DNA of 64,000 nt from Candidatus Omnitrophota bacterium. GTDB taxonomy: Bacteria > Omnitrophota > Gorgyraeia > Zapsychrales > Fredricksoniimonadaceae. Below, one piece after another: positions 8,233 through 19,100 of this stretch. Where the stretch lies: positions 39,955 through 103,954 of the forward strand of contig JAGWOI010000003.1 in NCBI GenBank assembly GCA_028870995.1, given 5' to 3'. Each line of letters starts with the position of its first letter. Within the stretch, counting starts at the first letter, position 1. The notes beneath the pieces were generated by a model that saw only the letters and a program-made list of their open reading frames with translations, did not search any database and was not told the DNA's origin. A program made the position numbers and the translations under genes.

Positions 8233-8955
8233 ATGATTTTAATTATCAAGCACATCGACATCGAGGGGCCTGGGACCCTGGGAGATTTTTTTAAGTCCCA
8301 GGGGCAAGAATTTCAAATTGTTGAGCTGGGCGCCGGTGATCCTTTGCCTGCAGATCCTCACGCGTATAAGGCCGTGGTTGTCCTGGGCGGTCCCATGAAT
8401 GTCGATGAAGAGGACAAGTACCCTTTTTTGAAGCCGGAAAATGAATTCATCCGTAAAGTCCTTGAAGCTGAAATCCCTTTTTTGGGGATTTGTTTAGGGA
8501 GCCAGCTCTTGGCCAAGGCCGCCGGGGCCAAGGTCATTCAATCGCCTGTTAAAGAGATTGGTTGGTACCATATCCGGTTGACCCCGGAAGGCCAAAGAGA
8601 TCCGCTGTTTAAAGGATTCAACGCGCAGGACCCTGTCTATCACTGGCACGGAGACATGTTCCAAATTCCGGACCGGGGACAATTACTGGCCACGGCGCAA
8701 GGCTGTCCCCATCAGGCGCTGAAGGTGGGGCCTAACGCCTATGGTTTGCAGTTTCACGTCGAGGTGACGGACCGCAGCATCAAAGAATGGTGCGGGGAGT
8801 ATTGCCGGACCGATTTGCCCGGCCGCGCCGGACATGCCCAGAGCATGCTGGACGATTATTGGAAATATAAAAAAGCCTTCGATCTTCAAGCCCAGGGGCT
8901 GTACCGCAATTTTTTAGAGATCATTCATGATAAAGCTGGCGCTCGCTCAAATTAA
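8233..8955 (+). CDS. class-I glutamine amidotransferase-like protein (standalone GATase1 domain)
   Basis: 240 aa with a nucleophile-elbow GICLGSQLL and a downstream His (…YHWHGDMF…/…GLQFHVE…), typical of the GATase1/GuaA-N family. It overlaps the nadE start by 29 nt. Confidence 0.7.
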   Translation: MILIIKHIDIEGPGTLGDFFKSQGQEFQIVELGAGDPLPADPHAYKAVVVLGGPMNVDEEDKYPFLKPENEFIRKVLEAEIPFLGICLGSQLLAKAAGAKVIQSPVKEIGWYHIRLTPEGQRDPLFKGFNAQDPVYHWHGDMFQIPDRGQLLATAQGCPHQALKVGPNAYGLQFHVEVTDRSIKEWCGEYCRTDLPGRAGHAQSMLDDYWKYKKAFDLQAQGLYRNFLEIIHDKAGARSN

Positions 8956-10531
8956 TCCTACCGTCGGGGATTTAAGCGGGAACACCCGTAAGATCTTGGA
9001 ATACGCCGCTCAAGCTTCCAAAGCCGGTGTCGCCCTAGCGGTGTTTCCCGAACTGGCCGTGTGCGGCTACCCTCCGGAAGACCTTTTGTTAAAGAAACAT
9101 TTCGTGGCGAATAATTTGAAGGCCCTGGATGCGCTGGCCAAAAAGGTCCGCGGCATCACCCTTATAGCCGGCTTCGTAGACAGCGATTCATCAGGCAAAA
9201 TTTATAATGCCGCCGCCATCATCAGCGAAGGCAAGGTGCAGCAGGTTTACCATAAGCAGGAATTGCCGAATTACGGCGTTTTTGACGAGAAGCGTTATTT
9301 TGCCGCTGGGCATGAGCCTTGTGTTTTCACCCTGGAGGGCGTTAAAATAGGGCTTAACATTTGCGAGGATATTTGGATCGACGGGGCTGTTTATCAATGG
9401 GAGGTCAAGGGCGGCGCTCAAATCCTAATCAACATTTCCTCGTCGCCTTATCAGGCCGGCAAGGTCAAAGAGCGCGAGGAACTCCTGAGGCGCCGTGTTA
9501 AGGAAACCCGGGTGCCGTTGGCCTATATCAACTGTGTCGGCGGCCAGGATGAGCTTGTCTTTGACGGGGGCAGCATGGTGGTGGGGGCTGGCGGCCGGCT
9601 GCTGGCACGGGCCGCGCAATTCAACGAAGAGCTTTTGACGGTTGATCTCAACCGGAAGGACAATCCGGTGGCGCCGGTCTTAGACAACAACGAGGAGATC
9701 TACAAGGCCTTGGTGACGGGTACGCGGGATTATGCGTTAAAGAATGGTTTTAAAAAAGTGGCGTTAGGCTTAAGCGGCGGCATCGACTCGGCCCTGGTGG
9801 CTTGCATTGCCTGCGATGCCTTTGGGCCTGAAAATGTGACTGCGATTTCCATGCCCAGCACCTTCAGCAGCCGCGGCACCCGCCAGGATGCCCGGATGCT
9901 GGCCAAGAATTTGCGCATGGAACTCAAAGAGATCCCTATCAAAAAAGTCTTCGCCTCTTATTTAAAAACCATGCAGAAACTTTTTGCCCGACTGCCCTGG
10001 AGCATTGCCGAGGAAAACATCCAGGCGCGCATCCGCGGCAATATTTTGATGGCCATGTCGAATAAATTCGGCTGGCTTATTTTGACCACAGGCAACAAAA
10101 GTGAAATGGCCGTGGGATACTGCACGCTGTACGGCGACATGTCAGGCGGGTATGCGGTCATCAAGGATGTTTTCAAAACCAAGGTGTATGAATTGTCCAG
10201 GTACCGTAACAGCCTAGGGTCCCAGCCGGTTATTCCCAAAAGCATTTTGCTTAGGAGCCCCACCGCTGAGTTGAGATTGAATCAGACCGACGAGGAGACT
10301 CTGGGGGCTTACGAAGACCTCGATAAGATATTGATGGCCTACATTGAGGGGCACGCTTCGCCGTCCGACATCGTCGCGTCAGGGATCGACGAAAAGCACG
10401 TTCTTCAGACCGTGCGCCTGGTTGACATGAATGAATATAAAAGGCGCCAGGCCCCGCCGGGCGTCAAGATAACGCCCTGTGCTTTCGGCAAGGATTGGCG
10501 CCTACCCATCACCAACAAGTATAAGGAGTAA
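8927..10531 (+). CDS. nadE: glutamine-dependent NAD+ synthetase
   Basis: 534 aa. An N-terminal carbon-nitrogen hydrolase domain (MIKLALAQINPTVGD…FPELAVCGYPPEDL…) is joined to a C-terminal NAD synthetase with the PP-loop GLSGGIDSALVA. Confidence 0.9.
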   Translation: MIKLALAQINPTVGDLSGNTRKILEYAAQASKAGVALAVFPELAVCGYPPEDLLLKKHFVANNLKALDALAKKVRGITLIAGFVDSDSSGKIYNAAAIISEGKVQQVYHKQELPNYGVFDEKRYFAAGHEPCVFTLEGVKIGLNICEDIWIDGAVYQWEVKGGAQILINISSSPYQAGKVKEREELLRRRVKETRVPLAYINCVGGQDELVFDGGSMVVGAGGRLLARAAQFNEELLTVDLNRKDNPVAPVLDNNEEIYKALVTGTRDYALKNGFKKVALGLSGGIDSALVACIACDAFGPENVTAISMPSTFSSRGTRQDARMLAKNLRMELKEIPIKKVFASYLKTMQKLFARLPWSIAEENIQARIRGNILMAMSNKFGWLILTTGNKSEMAVGYCTLYGDMSGGYAVIKDVFKTKVYELSRYRNSLGSQPVIPKSILLRSPTAELRLNQTDEETLGAYEDLDKILMAYIEGHASPSDIVASGIDEKHVLQTVRLVDMNEYKRRQAPPGVKITPCAFGKDWRLPITNKYKE

Positions 10532-10532
10532 C

Positions 10533-11222
10533 TTGAAACTATCCATCGTCATTCCAGCTTATAATGAAGAGGCGACCATCGAAGAGATCATTGCTAAGGT
10601 GCGCGCCGCGCCCCTGCCGGCCGGACTGATGCGGGAGATCGTGGTTGTCAACGACGGGTCAAAGGACCGGACAGGGGACATCCTTAGGCGCTTCGAGGGG
10701 CAGCCGGACATAGCCATCGTCCACCAGGCCAATCAGGGCAAGACCGCGGCGCTGCTGACCGGATTCAAAAAGGCCACAGGAGAGATCCTGCTCGTCCAGG
10801 ACGCTGACCTGGAATATGATCCGAATCAATACCCGCGCCTGGTACAGCCCATTTTGGACCGCACCACGGATGTGGTCTATGGTTCGCGTTTTTTGGGGGT
10901 CATCGAGGGTATGGAACCCGTCAACCGCTGGGCGAATCTCATTTCCAATTGGACCTTCCGTCTTTTATACGGCGTCAAGATCACAGACATCAATACGTGT
11001 TACAAGGTCTTTACCTACCGGGCGTGGGCAGACATGGTCATTACATCCAGGAATTTTGCCTTTGAAACAGAGTTTACCGTGAGGCTGCTTAGGCAGGGGT
11101 TTGGCATCAAGGAAGTTCCCATTGAGTATAAGGCCCGTTCCCGGCAAGCCGGCAAAAAGATCAATTGGTCCACAGCCATGGAGATGTTCTGGCCGATCAT
11201 CAAGTACCGGTTTATGCGATAA
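10533..11222 (+). CDS. family-2 glycosyltransferase, polyprenyl-phosphate sugar synthase type (DPM1/ArnC-like)
   Basis: LKLSIVIPAYNEEATIEEII…VVNDGSKDRT…QDADLEYDP is the classic GT2 DxD fold. The probable start is the TTG at 10533, 5 nt after AAGGAG. The ORF-track start at 10479 overlaps nadE. Confidence 0.8.
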   Translation: MKLSIVIPAYNEEATIEEIIAKVRAAPLPAGLMREIVVVNDGSKDRTGDILRRFEGQPDIAIVHQANQGKTAALLTGFKKATGEILLVQDADLEYDPNQYPRLVQPILDRTTDVVYGSRFLGVIEGMEPVNRWANLISNWTFRLLYGVKITDINTCYKVFTYRAWADMVITSRNFAFETEFTVRLLRQGFGIKEVPIEYKARSRQAGKKINWSTAMEMFWPIIKYRFMR

Positions 11223-11228
11223 AATTTA

Positions 11229-13097
11229 ATGTTCCTGTTTCTCCCCGTACTGTTTTTATTTTTCTGTACCCTCGTTGCCCTTCGGTATGTGCCGGGCTGG
11301 AGGGAGTCCTTTCTTATCGCCGCCGTACTGGCGGGGACCTTGTTGACGGCGATCACGGAAATTTTAAGTTTGATGAAGTCCTTTAGTTTTTATCCGCTGA
11401 TGGCCGCCTGGTTGTTCCTGACGGGCGGCGCGGTATGTTTTGTCTGGAATGTCAGGCGCAGCATTCCGAGACCACAGATTAATGTCGGGGATTGGTCCCT
11501 GAGTGAGAAAATACTTTTAGGCTTTATTGTTTTTATCGGTTTCATCACGGCCATCACTGCTTACGTCGGGGCTCCCAATACCTGGGACTCAATGACCTAC
11601 CATCTTTCTAGAGTGGCCCATTGGATACAGGATAAAACCGTCAGCTTTTACCCCACCCATATTCTCCGGCAATTGTACTCGAGCCCTTGGGCCGAATATG
11701 CGGTTGCCCATTTACGCATTTTGGGCGGCGGCCAGACCAGTCCCAATTTTGTCCAGTGGACGTCCATGGCAGGCAGCCTGGTGGCGGCATCGCTTATTGC
11801 CCAGCAACTGGGAGCCGGACGCAGAGGACAGTTATTGGCCGCGGCCCTTGCCGCTTGTCTGCCCATGGGCATTTTGCAATCGGTCAGCACTCAGACGGAT
11901 TATGCCGCAAGTTTTTGGTTGATCGGTTTTGTATATTTCCTGATAGAAGGTATCCGCAAGTTTTCTCTTGTCCGCTGCATTGCCATTGGCTTGAGTTTGG
12001 GGCTGGCCTTTTTAACCAAAGGTTATGAGTATGTTCTTGTCCTGCCTTTTTTAGCATGGTTTTTGACAGGATGCCTTAAGCAGAGTTTTTCCCGAAGCCT
12101 AACGGCCTTAGCGCTGGTCATGCTTTGTGTTCTTGGTTTGAATATGGGCCAATATTGGCGTAATGCCAGGGCCTTCGGTTCCCCGCAGTGGACGGATGTG
12201 TCGCTGACCAATGCGTCCTTCGGCCCCAGAGTTTTGTGGGTCAATGTGTTGCGCAATGCGGCGATTCAATTGGCAACTCCTTTTGAGGATGCCGATGAAA
12301 GCATCCAACAAGGCATGACCAGGGCGGCCCAATGGCTGGGGGCGGACATCAATGACCCCCGCGCGAGTTTCACTAGCAATTTTTCCGTTCCGGGCTTGAG
12401 CTTTGATGAAGATTACGCCGGTAATTTCCTTCATTCCATTTTGTTTATAATAATTTTTGTTGCCTGTTGGTTTTACCGGGAAAACAAAAACAGGGTTCGC
12501 TCTTATGTGCTGTGTGTTTTGACGTCGTTTCTTTTGTTTTGTTTGATCGTGCGGTTTTCTCCCTGGAACGTCCGTTTTCATCTGCCGCTTTATATTTTAT
12601 TTTGTCCCGTCGCTGGAACGGTAACCGAATATTTTTTAAAACAGAAGAGCATCGCTGTCGCGGCTTTGTTCTTTTTGGCGGCAGGGCCGTGGATGTTTTT
12701 GGATCATGAGCATCCGTGGTTTGGTCACCGCAGCATTTGGAGGGTGCCTCAGCCGGCCCAGTATTTTTATAAGCACGCGGACCTGGCCCTGCCGTACGCG
12801 CAAAGCGCAGGGTATATAAAATCCACAGGCTGCCGCAGGGTGGGGCTGCTGTTGGGAGCAGACTCATGGGAGTATCCTTGGTGGGTGCTCCTTGGGCCGG
12901 GAGTCCGTATAGAGCATGTGGGGGTAAAAAACCGTTCAATGGGCTTAAGGTATCCGGCGGGTGATTTTGATGCCTGCGTTATTATTGCCGAAGGCACAGG
13001 TGTTCCTGTCATTATGGAGGGTTCTTCCCTTTATGGTTTGGCAGGGCGGACACCCGGCGGCTTGGTAAGTATTTATAAGAAGATGGAGAGTATATAA
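11229..13097 (+). CDS. GT-C fold membrane glycosyltransferase (ArnT/PMT_2-like)
   Basis: 622 aa polytopic. The first periplasmic loop has a D-S-x-x-Y-x-x-x-R motif (TWDSMTYHLSRV) resembling the DE/DS..Y...R signature of ArnT and PMT-type transferases. A GT2 partner lies upstream. Confidence 0.55.
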   Translation: MFLFLPVLFLFFCTLVALRYVPGWRESFLIAAVLAGTLLTAITEILSLMKSFSFYPLMAAWLFLTGGAVCFVWNVRRSIPRPQINVGDWSLSEKILLGFIVFIGFITAITAYVGAPNTWDSMTYHLSRVAHWIQDKTVSFYPTHILRQLYSSPWAEYAVAHLRILGGGQTSPNFVQWTSMAGSLVAASLIAQQLGAGRRGQLLAAALAACLPMGILQSVSTQTDYAASFWLIGFVYFLIEGIRKFSLVRCIAIGLSLGLAFLTKGYEYVLVLPFLAWFLTGCLKQSFSRSLTALALVMLCVLGLNMGQYWRNARAFGSPQWTDVSLTNASFGPRVLWVNVLRNAAIQLATPFEDADESIQQGMTRAAQWLGADINDPRASFTSNFSVPGLSFDEDYAGNFLHSILFIIIFVACWFYRENKNRVRSYVLCVLTSFLLFCLIVRFSPWNVRFHLPLYILFCPVAGTVTEYFLKQKSIAVAALFFLAAGPWMFLDHEHPWFGHRSIWRVPQPAQYFYKHADLALPYAQSAGYIKSTGCRRVGLLLGADSWEYPWWVLLGPGVRIEHVGVKNRSMGLRYPAGDFDACVIIAEGTGVPVIMEGSSLYGLAGRTPGGLVSIYKKMESI

Positions 13098-13099
13098 AC

Positions 13100-14503
13100 A
13101 TGGCCAGATGGGCTAAGGCGGTTTTGGTTCTTTGTGTGCTGTGGTGGGTTTATTTGTTTTTTGTCACCCAAATCGTCGTGGTTTTTGATTCCACCGGATA
13201 TGAGAGCGCGGGGCGGTTGATTGCCCAGCACGGGTTTGCCGAATTCCTGAGGGAGGGGCCGCAGCGCGAGCCGATGTTCGCCTGCCTGATCGCCTTGTCC
13301 ATGCACCTGGGGCATTGGTGGGGGATCTCCTATTATTATCCTTTAAAAATGATAGGAATTCTCTTTCTGTTTCTGACCATGGTCTTCTCTTACCAGCTGA
13401 TGAAGCTTTTATCCATCCGGCCTTGGCTTGCGGCCTTGACCCTTCTTTACATGGGTCTCTCGCCGGTGATGACCAATTCCAGCATGCGTTTATGGTCGGA
13501 ATTCGCTGCGTATCCCTGGGTGGTCCTGGCTGTGCTCTGGACCATAAAATCGTGGAAAGCCCTTGAAGATGCGGCGCCGGAGGGTCGGGAAGATTTTAAG
13601 ATGGTCCGGCATGGCGCCTTGGTGGCCCTGGCGTTTTTGCTCATCATGTCGGTCAAGGCGGTGGCTGAAGGAGTGATCTTGTGTTATTTGTGGCCTTTTT
13701 ACGGACGGATTTTTTCTTATTGGCGTCAAAAGAATTTTATCAAGGCGCGGCAGGCGGCCTTGTTTGTCCTGACGGCGCTTATGATTTTTGAGGGTGCGGT
13801 AGTTGCGTATAAATGGGCCAATTACCATTATAACAGGCAGTTCACCTTCACCACGCGTGGGGACTATGCCTTCTATGGCAACACGGCGCGCCGCATGCAG
13901 CCCTTGACCGCCAAAAGCCTGGGGGCGGCGGTGACCTTTGTGGCCGGAGGGAACCTGTGCCCGTCGTTGTTTGGACAGGAAGCTTGCGATTTCTGGTCCG
14001 CCCGCCATTCGGATGACATCATCGGCCAGAAGCAAAAAGAACTGGCCCAAAAGAAACTTACGGCTGACGAAGCCTCACGATATTATATCAAGAATTCCAT
14101 TCAGATAATTCTCTCCAATCCCTTGCAGGCTCTGCTGTTGATGGTTGTTGAGGCCCATAAAATGTTTTTTTGGGAATCGGCCATTGCCTTTGTGGCTTAT
14201 CCGGACTGGTTGGAAAAGATTTTTTATAATCCCTCGTTTATCGCCTTGACCAAGAATGTCATGGCTTTTTTGTCTTGGTCGGCGATGCTGTTCGGGTTGA
14301 TTTACCTTTGCCGCCCTCGTCGGCAGGAGGAGGACCGAGGTCAGAGGGAAGCCCTGCTTTGGGTTGTTAATTTTCTTTTTTGGTACATGGGGATGTACTC
14401 ATTGTTTTTTATCCTGGACCGCTATTCCTTTCCCTTAATATCGTTGTATCTGGTTTTGGTCGCGTTTATGGTACAGAAAACATTAAAGGCTTTCGTCAAA
14501 TGA
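13100..14503 (+). CDS. second GT-C fold membrane glycosyltransferase (ArnT/PMT_2-like)
   Basis: 467 aa polytopic, with loop motif FDSTGYESAGRLIAQHG (D-S-x-x-Y-x-x-x-x-R). Confidence 0.55.
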   Translation: MARWAKAVLVLCVLWWVYLFFVTQIVVVFDSTGYESAGRLIAQHGFAEFLREGPQREPMFACLIALSMHLGHWWGISYYYPLKMIGILFLFLTMVFSYQLMKLLSIRPWLAALTLLYMGLSPVMTNSSMRLWSEFAAYPWVVLAVLWTIKSWKALEDAAPEGREDFKMVRHGALVALAFLLIMSVKAVAEGVILCYLWPFYGRIFSYWRQKNFIKARQAALFVLTALMIFEGAVVAYKWANYHYNRQFTFTTRGDYAFYGNTARRMQPLTAKSLGAAVTFVAGGNLCPSLFGQEACDFWSARHSDDIIGQKQKELAQKKLTADEASRYYIKNSIQIILSNPLQALLLMVVEAHKMFFWESAIAFVAYPDWLEKIFYNPSFIALTKNVMAFLSWSAMLFGLIYLCRPRRQEEDRGQREALLWVVNFLFWYMGMYSLFFILDRYSFPLISLYLVLVAFMVQKTLKAFVK

Positions 14504-15342
14504 GGCTGCGCTTTCTAAAAAGACACCCTTTCTATGTCCTGATGGGACTCTTGGTCGCCATTCAGCTGGTCTGGTTTTGGATCTCTCCCACAGGGTTTAA
14601 GGCCGCCTGGAGCCGGAATCCGCTGGTGGCTGAAATCATCAAAGAACATTCCCTGGCCAACCAAAAGGCCAAGATCATGGCCATCAGTTACTATTTTCCG
14701 GACTTTTCTTATTTTTCCGATATCGTTGCGGGCCGTGCCCAGCCAAGAGCCGAACTGATGGACGGCTATCATTTCGGCAAACCGTACATTTTTCATATGT
14801 ATTATCAACTGACGGCCAATTATTTCCCTGATAATGACGTGGCCCAGTACTTGCTGGGGTTTTGTGATTATTACATGGAGCATATGGATAAGGCCAAGAG
14901 GCATTATGAAAAGTCACTGGCCATAAATCCCTATTTTTTTTGGACATATTATAATCTCGGCGTCATTTATTTCCGCCAGCGGGATTATTACCACAGCGCC
15001 GTCTTTCTGAACAAAGCCTTGTCGGTCAGAAAAGAAATAGCGCTAGCCATGTTAAGCCAGAGCCCTTTTTACCGCCAGATTTGGCATAATTTGAACGATC
15101 CCCCCCAAATATTGGAAGGTAACCTGATGACGGCTCAGCAGGATGCCTTGCTTCTGATGGCAGCCTGTTTTGTCAAAGCAGGGGCCTATGACCAGGCGCT
15201 GCGGGTCGTTCAATCCGTTCCAGGCAACGGTTGGCACCAGGGCCTGCGGCGACAAATCAGGCAGCAGGCACTAAGCAGACAACCTCTGGGGGGAGTGCTG
15301 GAAGGTTTGCTGCAAAAGAAGATTGTGGTAAGATTATTCTAA
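14500..15342 (+). CDS. membrane-anchored TPR-repeat protein
   Basis: Start MRLRFLKRHPFYVLMGLLVAIQLVWF (one TM), followed by TPR-like repeats (…AKRHYEKSLAINPYFFWTYYNLGVIYFRQRDYYHSAVFLNKAL…). The ORF-track start at 14380 overlaps the previous gene. The ATG at 14500 gives a 4-bp ATGA overlap. Confidence 0.55.
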   Translation: MRLRFLKRHPFYVLMGLLVAIQLVWFWISPTGFKAAWSRNPLVAEIIKEHSLANQKAKIMAISYYFPDFSYFSDIVAGRAQPRAELMDGYHFGKPYIFHMYYQLTANYFPDNDVAQYLLGFCDYYMEHMDKAKRHYEKSLAINPYFFWTYYNLGVIYFRQRDYYHSAVFLNKALSVRKEIALAMLSQSPFYRQIWHNLNDPPQILEGNLMTAQQDALLLMAACFVKAGAYDQALRVVQSVPGNGWHQGLRRQIRQQALSRQPLGGVLEGLLQKKIVVRLF

Positions 15343-15348
15343 TCATTT

Positions 15349-16053
15349 ATGAAAATATCGATCATTATTCCGGCCAAGGATGAGGCCAAGCGTCTGCCTT
15401 CCTTTCTAAGAGGGGTCATCGATTATTGCCGCCGGTCTTCCCAGAATTATGAGATCATCGTGGTGGACGACGGCAGCCGGGACCAAACCACCCAAGCTGC
15501 GCTGGCTTTCCAGAAAGAATTCCCGGCGTTGAAGGTGATCAGCCTTAAACGCAATCATGGCAAAGGCTACGCCATCAAACAGGGGTTTATGGCCGCACGG
15601 GGGGATATCCTGCTGTTTATGGATGCCGATGGATCGACCCTCCCCGATGAAATCGAACGCCACCTGAAGATTTTTGAGGAAGGTTATGACATCGTCATCG
15701 GCTCCAGGGTGCTTCAGGACGGGCAGTCCCAGGTCAAAACCAAGGTCCATCGCAAATGGATGGGTACGGTCTTTAATTTTCTGGTTGCACAGATGCTCCT
15801 GAAAGGGATCAGGGACACCCAATGCGGTTTCAAAATGTTCCGGGCGGCGGTGGTACCCAAACTGTTCGGCAAAATGCGCCTGGAAGGCTACGGCTTTGAC
15901 CTGGAAATCTTATATTTGGCCCAAAAAAGCGGGCTGCGCATCAAGGAAACAGCGGTCAATTGGACCCATGTGGATGGCAGCAAGGTTGATCTTTTCAAGG
16001 ATTCCCTGCACATGTTCCTCAATATCATCCAAATCAAGAATTGGCACGGTTAA
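15349..16053 (+). CDS. family-2 glycosyltransferase (dolichyl/undecaprenyl-phosphate glycosyltransferase-like)
   Basis: MKISIIIPAKDEAKRLP…VVDDGSRDQT…MDADGST is the GT2 signature. Confidence 0.8.
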   Translation: MKISIIIPAKDEAKRLPSFLRGVIDYCRRSSQNYEIIVVDDGSRDQTTQAALAFQKEFPALKVISLKRNHGKGYAIKQGFMAARGDILLFMDADGSTLPDEIERHLKIFEEGYDIVIGSRVLQDGQSQVKTKVHRKWMGTVFNFLVAQMLLKGIRDTQCGFKMFRAAVVPKLFGKMRLEGYGFDLEILYLAQKSGLRIKETAVNWTHVDGSKVDLFKDSLHMFLNIIQIKNWHG

Positions 16054-16182
16054 GTGCTAAATTAAGTTGCAATTTTTGACCAATAATAATACAATAACCC
16101 CTTCTGACACAACTGCATTTGGTCTTTAAAAACCCTATTGCTTGAAGTGGCGGTAGGGTTAAATTATGAGGCAGGTTAGAGC

Positions 16183-19100
16183 ATGGGTTTTCCGCCAAAA
16201 CAAGGGTTATACGATCCGCAATTCGAGCATGATTCCTGCGGTGTGGGATTTATCGCGCACATCAAGGGCCACAAGTCCCATGACATCATCCGCAGCGGCA
16301 TCCAGATTTTAGAAAATTTGACGCACCGCGGCGCCTGCGGCTGTGATCCCGAGACCGGAGACGGGGCCGGTATCCTGATGCAGATGCCGGACGCGTTTTT
16401 CCGCAAGGAATTGGTTTCGCTTCATCTGGAACTTCCGCCGCCCGGCGACTATGCGGCGGGGCTGGTATTCCTGCCAACCTCGCTGGATGACTGTAACGTC
16501 ATTGAGGAGTGGACCGAGCACATCATCCATGAGGAAGGGCAGAAATTGATCGGCTGGCGCCAGGTGCCGCATGAGCCCAACAAGGTTGGACGGGTGGCCC
16601 GTTCCGTGATGCCGGCTTTCAAGCAACTGTTCATTGCGCGCGGCCCCAAGACGCCCCGGGAAGATTTTGACCGCAAGCTTTATGTGATCCGCAAGCGTTT
16701 GTGGAACAAGGTGTACCATTCCACCCTGCCGCAAAAGAATTATTATTATTTCTGTTCGCTCAATAGCCATACCCTGGTCTATAAGGGGCAGTTGATGAGC
16801 GAGCAGGTGGACCGTTTCTTCCCGGATTTAAGCGATCCTGCCATGGTGTCGGCTATTGCCTTGGTACATTCGCGGTATTCGACGAACACCTTTCCCAGCT
16901 GGGCCCTGGCGCATCCGTACCGCTATATCGCCCATAACGGCGAGATCAATACCCTGCGCGGCAACATCAACTGGATCCAGACGCGGGAAAAGCAGTTCGT
17001 GTCCAAGGCCTTCGGCAGCGATCTGGCCAAGGTGCTGCCTATCGTCGTGCCGCATGGCTCGGACACCGCCACCTTTGATAATGTGCTGGAGATGCTAGTG
17101 CTGTGCGGGCGTTCGCTGCCACATGCCATGATGATGATGATCCCGGAAGCCTGGAGCAATCACCAGGAGATGGACCGCGCCAAAAGGGCGTTCTATGAAT
17201 ACCATTCCTGCCTGATGGAGCCCTGGGACGGCCCGGCGGCCATGGCTTTCTCCGACGGACGGTATGTGGGGGCGCTGCTGGACCGCAACGGGCTTCGTCC
17301 TTCCCGTTATGTGGTGACCAGCGATGATATCGTGATCATGGCCTCGGAAGCCGGTGTTTTGCCGGTGCCCGACGATAAAATAGTGTCCAAAGGCCGCCTG
17401 CAGCCGGGCAAGATGTTCCTGGTAGATATCGCCGAAGGTCGCATCATCGACGACCGCGAGGTCAAGGAAACCTATGCCAAGCAAAAGCCTTATGAAAAGT
17501 GGCTGCGCGAGAACATTGTCGATATCCGCAATCTGCCGGCGCCTAAAAAGGTGCAGGGCCTGGAGGAGGCCACCTTGCTGGAGCGTCAGAGGGCCTTTGG
17601 GTATACCATCGAAGACCTTAAGATCATTTTGCAGCCCATGGCCAAGGGCGAAGAGGCCATCGGCTCCATGGGCAACGACACGCCGTTGGCGGTATTGTCC
17701 GACCGGCCCAAGCTTCTTTTTGAATATTTTAAACAGCTTTTCGCCCAGGTGACCAATCCGCCCATCGATGCCATCCGCGAAGAGATCATCATGGCGGAGG
17801 ACATGATGCTGGGCCCCGAGAGCAACCTGCTTGAGGAAGGGCCGCAGCATTGCCATCGCCTGTGGATCCAGCATCCGGTCGTGACCAATGAGGAATTGGA
17901 AAAGATCCGTCATATCGATCACTCCACCCTGAAGACGCTGACCTTGTCCACGCTCTTTGATAAGAAGGCCGGCGCCGCGGGGCTTAAGAAGTCCTTTGAG
18001 ACCTTGTGTGCCGAGGCGGACCGGGCCATTAAGAAAGGCTACAGCATCCTGGTGCTTTCGGACCGCGGCATTTCGGCCAAGGATGCGCCCATACCGTCGC
18101 TGTTGGCCTGCGCGGGACTGCACCATCATTTGATCCGACGGGGCACCCGCACCAAGGTGAGCCTGGTGGTTGAGACCGGTGAAGCCCGGGAATTGCACCA
18201 TTTTGCTGTTTTGATCGGCTATGGTGCCAACGCGGTTAATCCATACCTGGCCCTGGAAACCATCGAGGCCATGACCAGGGACTCCAAATATGAGCTGGGC
18301 ATTTCTTTCAAGGACGCCCAGAAGAATTTTCAGAAAGCCTGCCATAAAGGTTTGTATAAGATCATCTCGAAAATGGGCATCTCCACGATCCAGTCCTATT
18401 GCGGGGCGCAGATCTTCGAGGCTGTGGGCCTGAGCCAGGAACTGATTGAAAAATATTTTACTGCCACACCTTCGCGCATCGGCGGCATTGACATCGACAT
18501 CGTGGCCAAGGAGGCTTTGATGCGCCATGAGAAGGGGTATCCTCAATGGCCGTCATTAGACCACATGTTGGAAGAGGGTGGAGAGTATGCCTGGCGCAAG
18601 GAGGCGGAGTACCATCAGCTTAACCCGACGACGATTGCCCTGCTGCAGCATGCCACCCGTTCGGGCAATTTCCAGGTGTTCAAACAATATTCCAAGGCGG
18701 TCAATGAGCACAGCCGCCTGGCCGCCAACATCCGCGGTCTTTTGAAATTTAAGCCCGGCAAACCTGTCCCCATCGAAGAGGTGGAACCGGCGTCTGAGAT
18801 CGTCAAGCGCTTTGCCACGGGCGCCATGAGCTACGGTTCCATTTCCAAGGAAGCGCACGAGACCCTGGCCATTGCCATGAACCGTCTGGGCGGCTTCTCC
18901 AATACCGGTGAGGGCGGCGAGGATGCGGTGCGTTTCAAGAAAGACCCTAACGGCGACTGGCGCCGCAGCCGCATCAAGCAGGTGGCTCAGGGCCGTTTCG
19001 GCGTCACTATCGAATACCTGGTCAATGCGGACCAGCTGCAGATCAAGATGGCGCAGGGCGCCAAGCCCGGCGAGGGCGGTCAGCTGCCGGGGCACAAGGT

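Noticed and set aside
17095-18546. 483-aa minus-strand ORF inside gltB. There are similar long antisense or off-frame ORFs at 19564-20691, 2409-3167, 13490-14050, 44138-44833, 47741-48451, 54774-55802 and 54989-55753.
   Set aside because: They are Arg/Ala/Gly/Pro/His-rich with no start context. They lie entirely inside strongly supported genes on the other strand or frame. These are typical shadow ORFs of GC-rich coding DNA.
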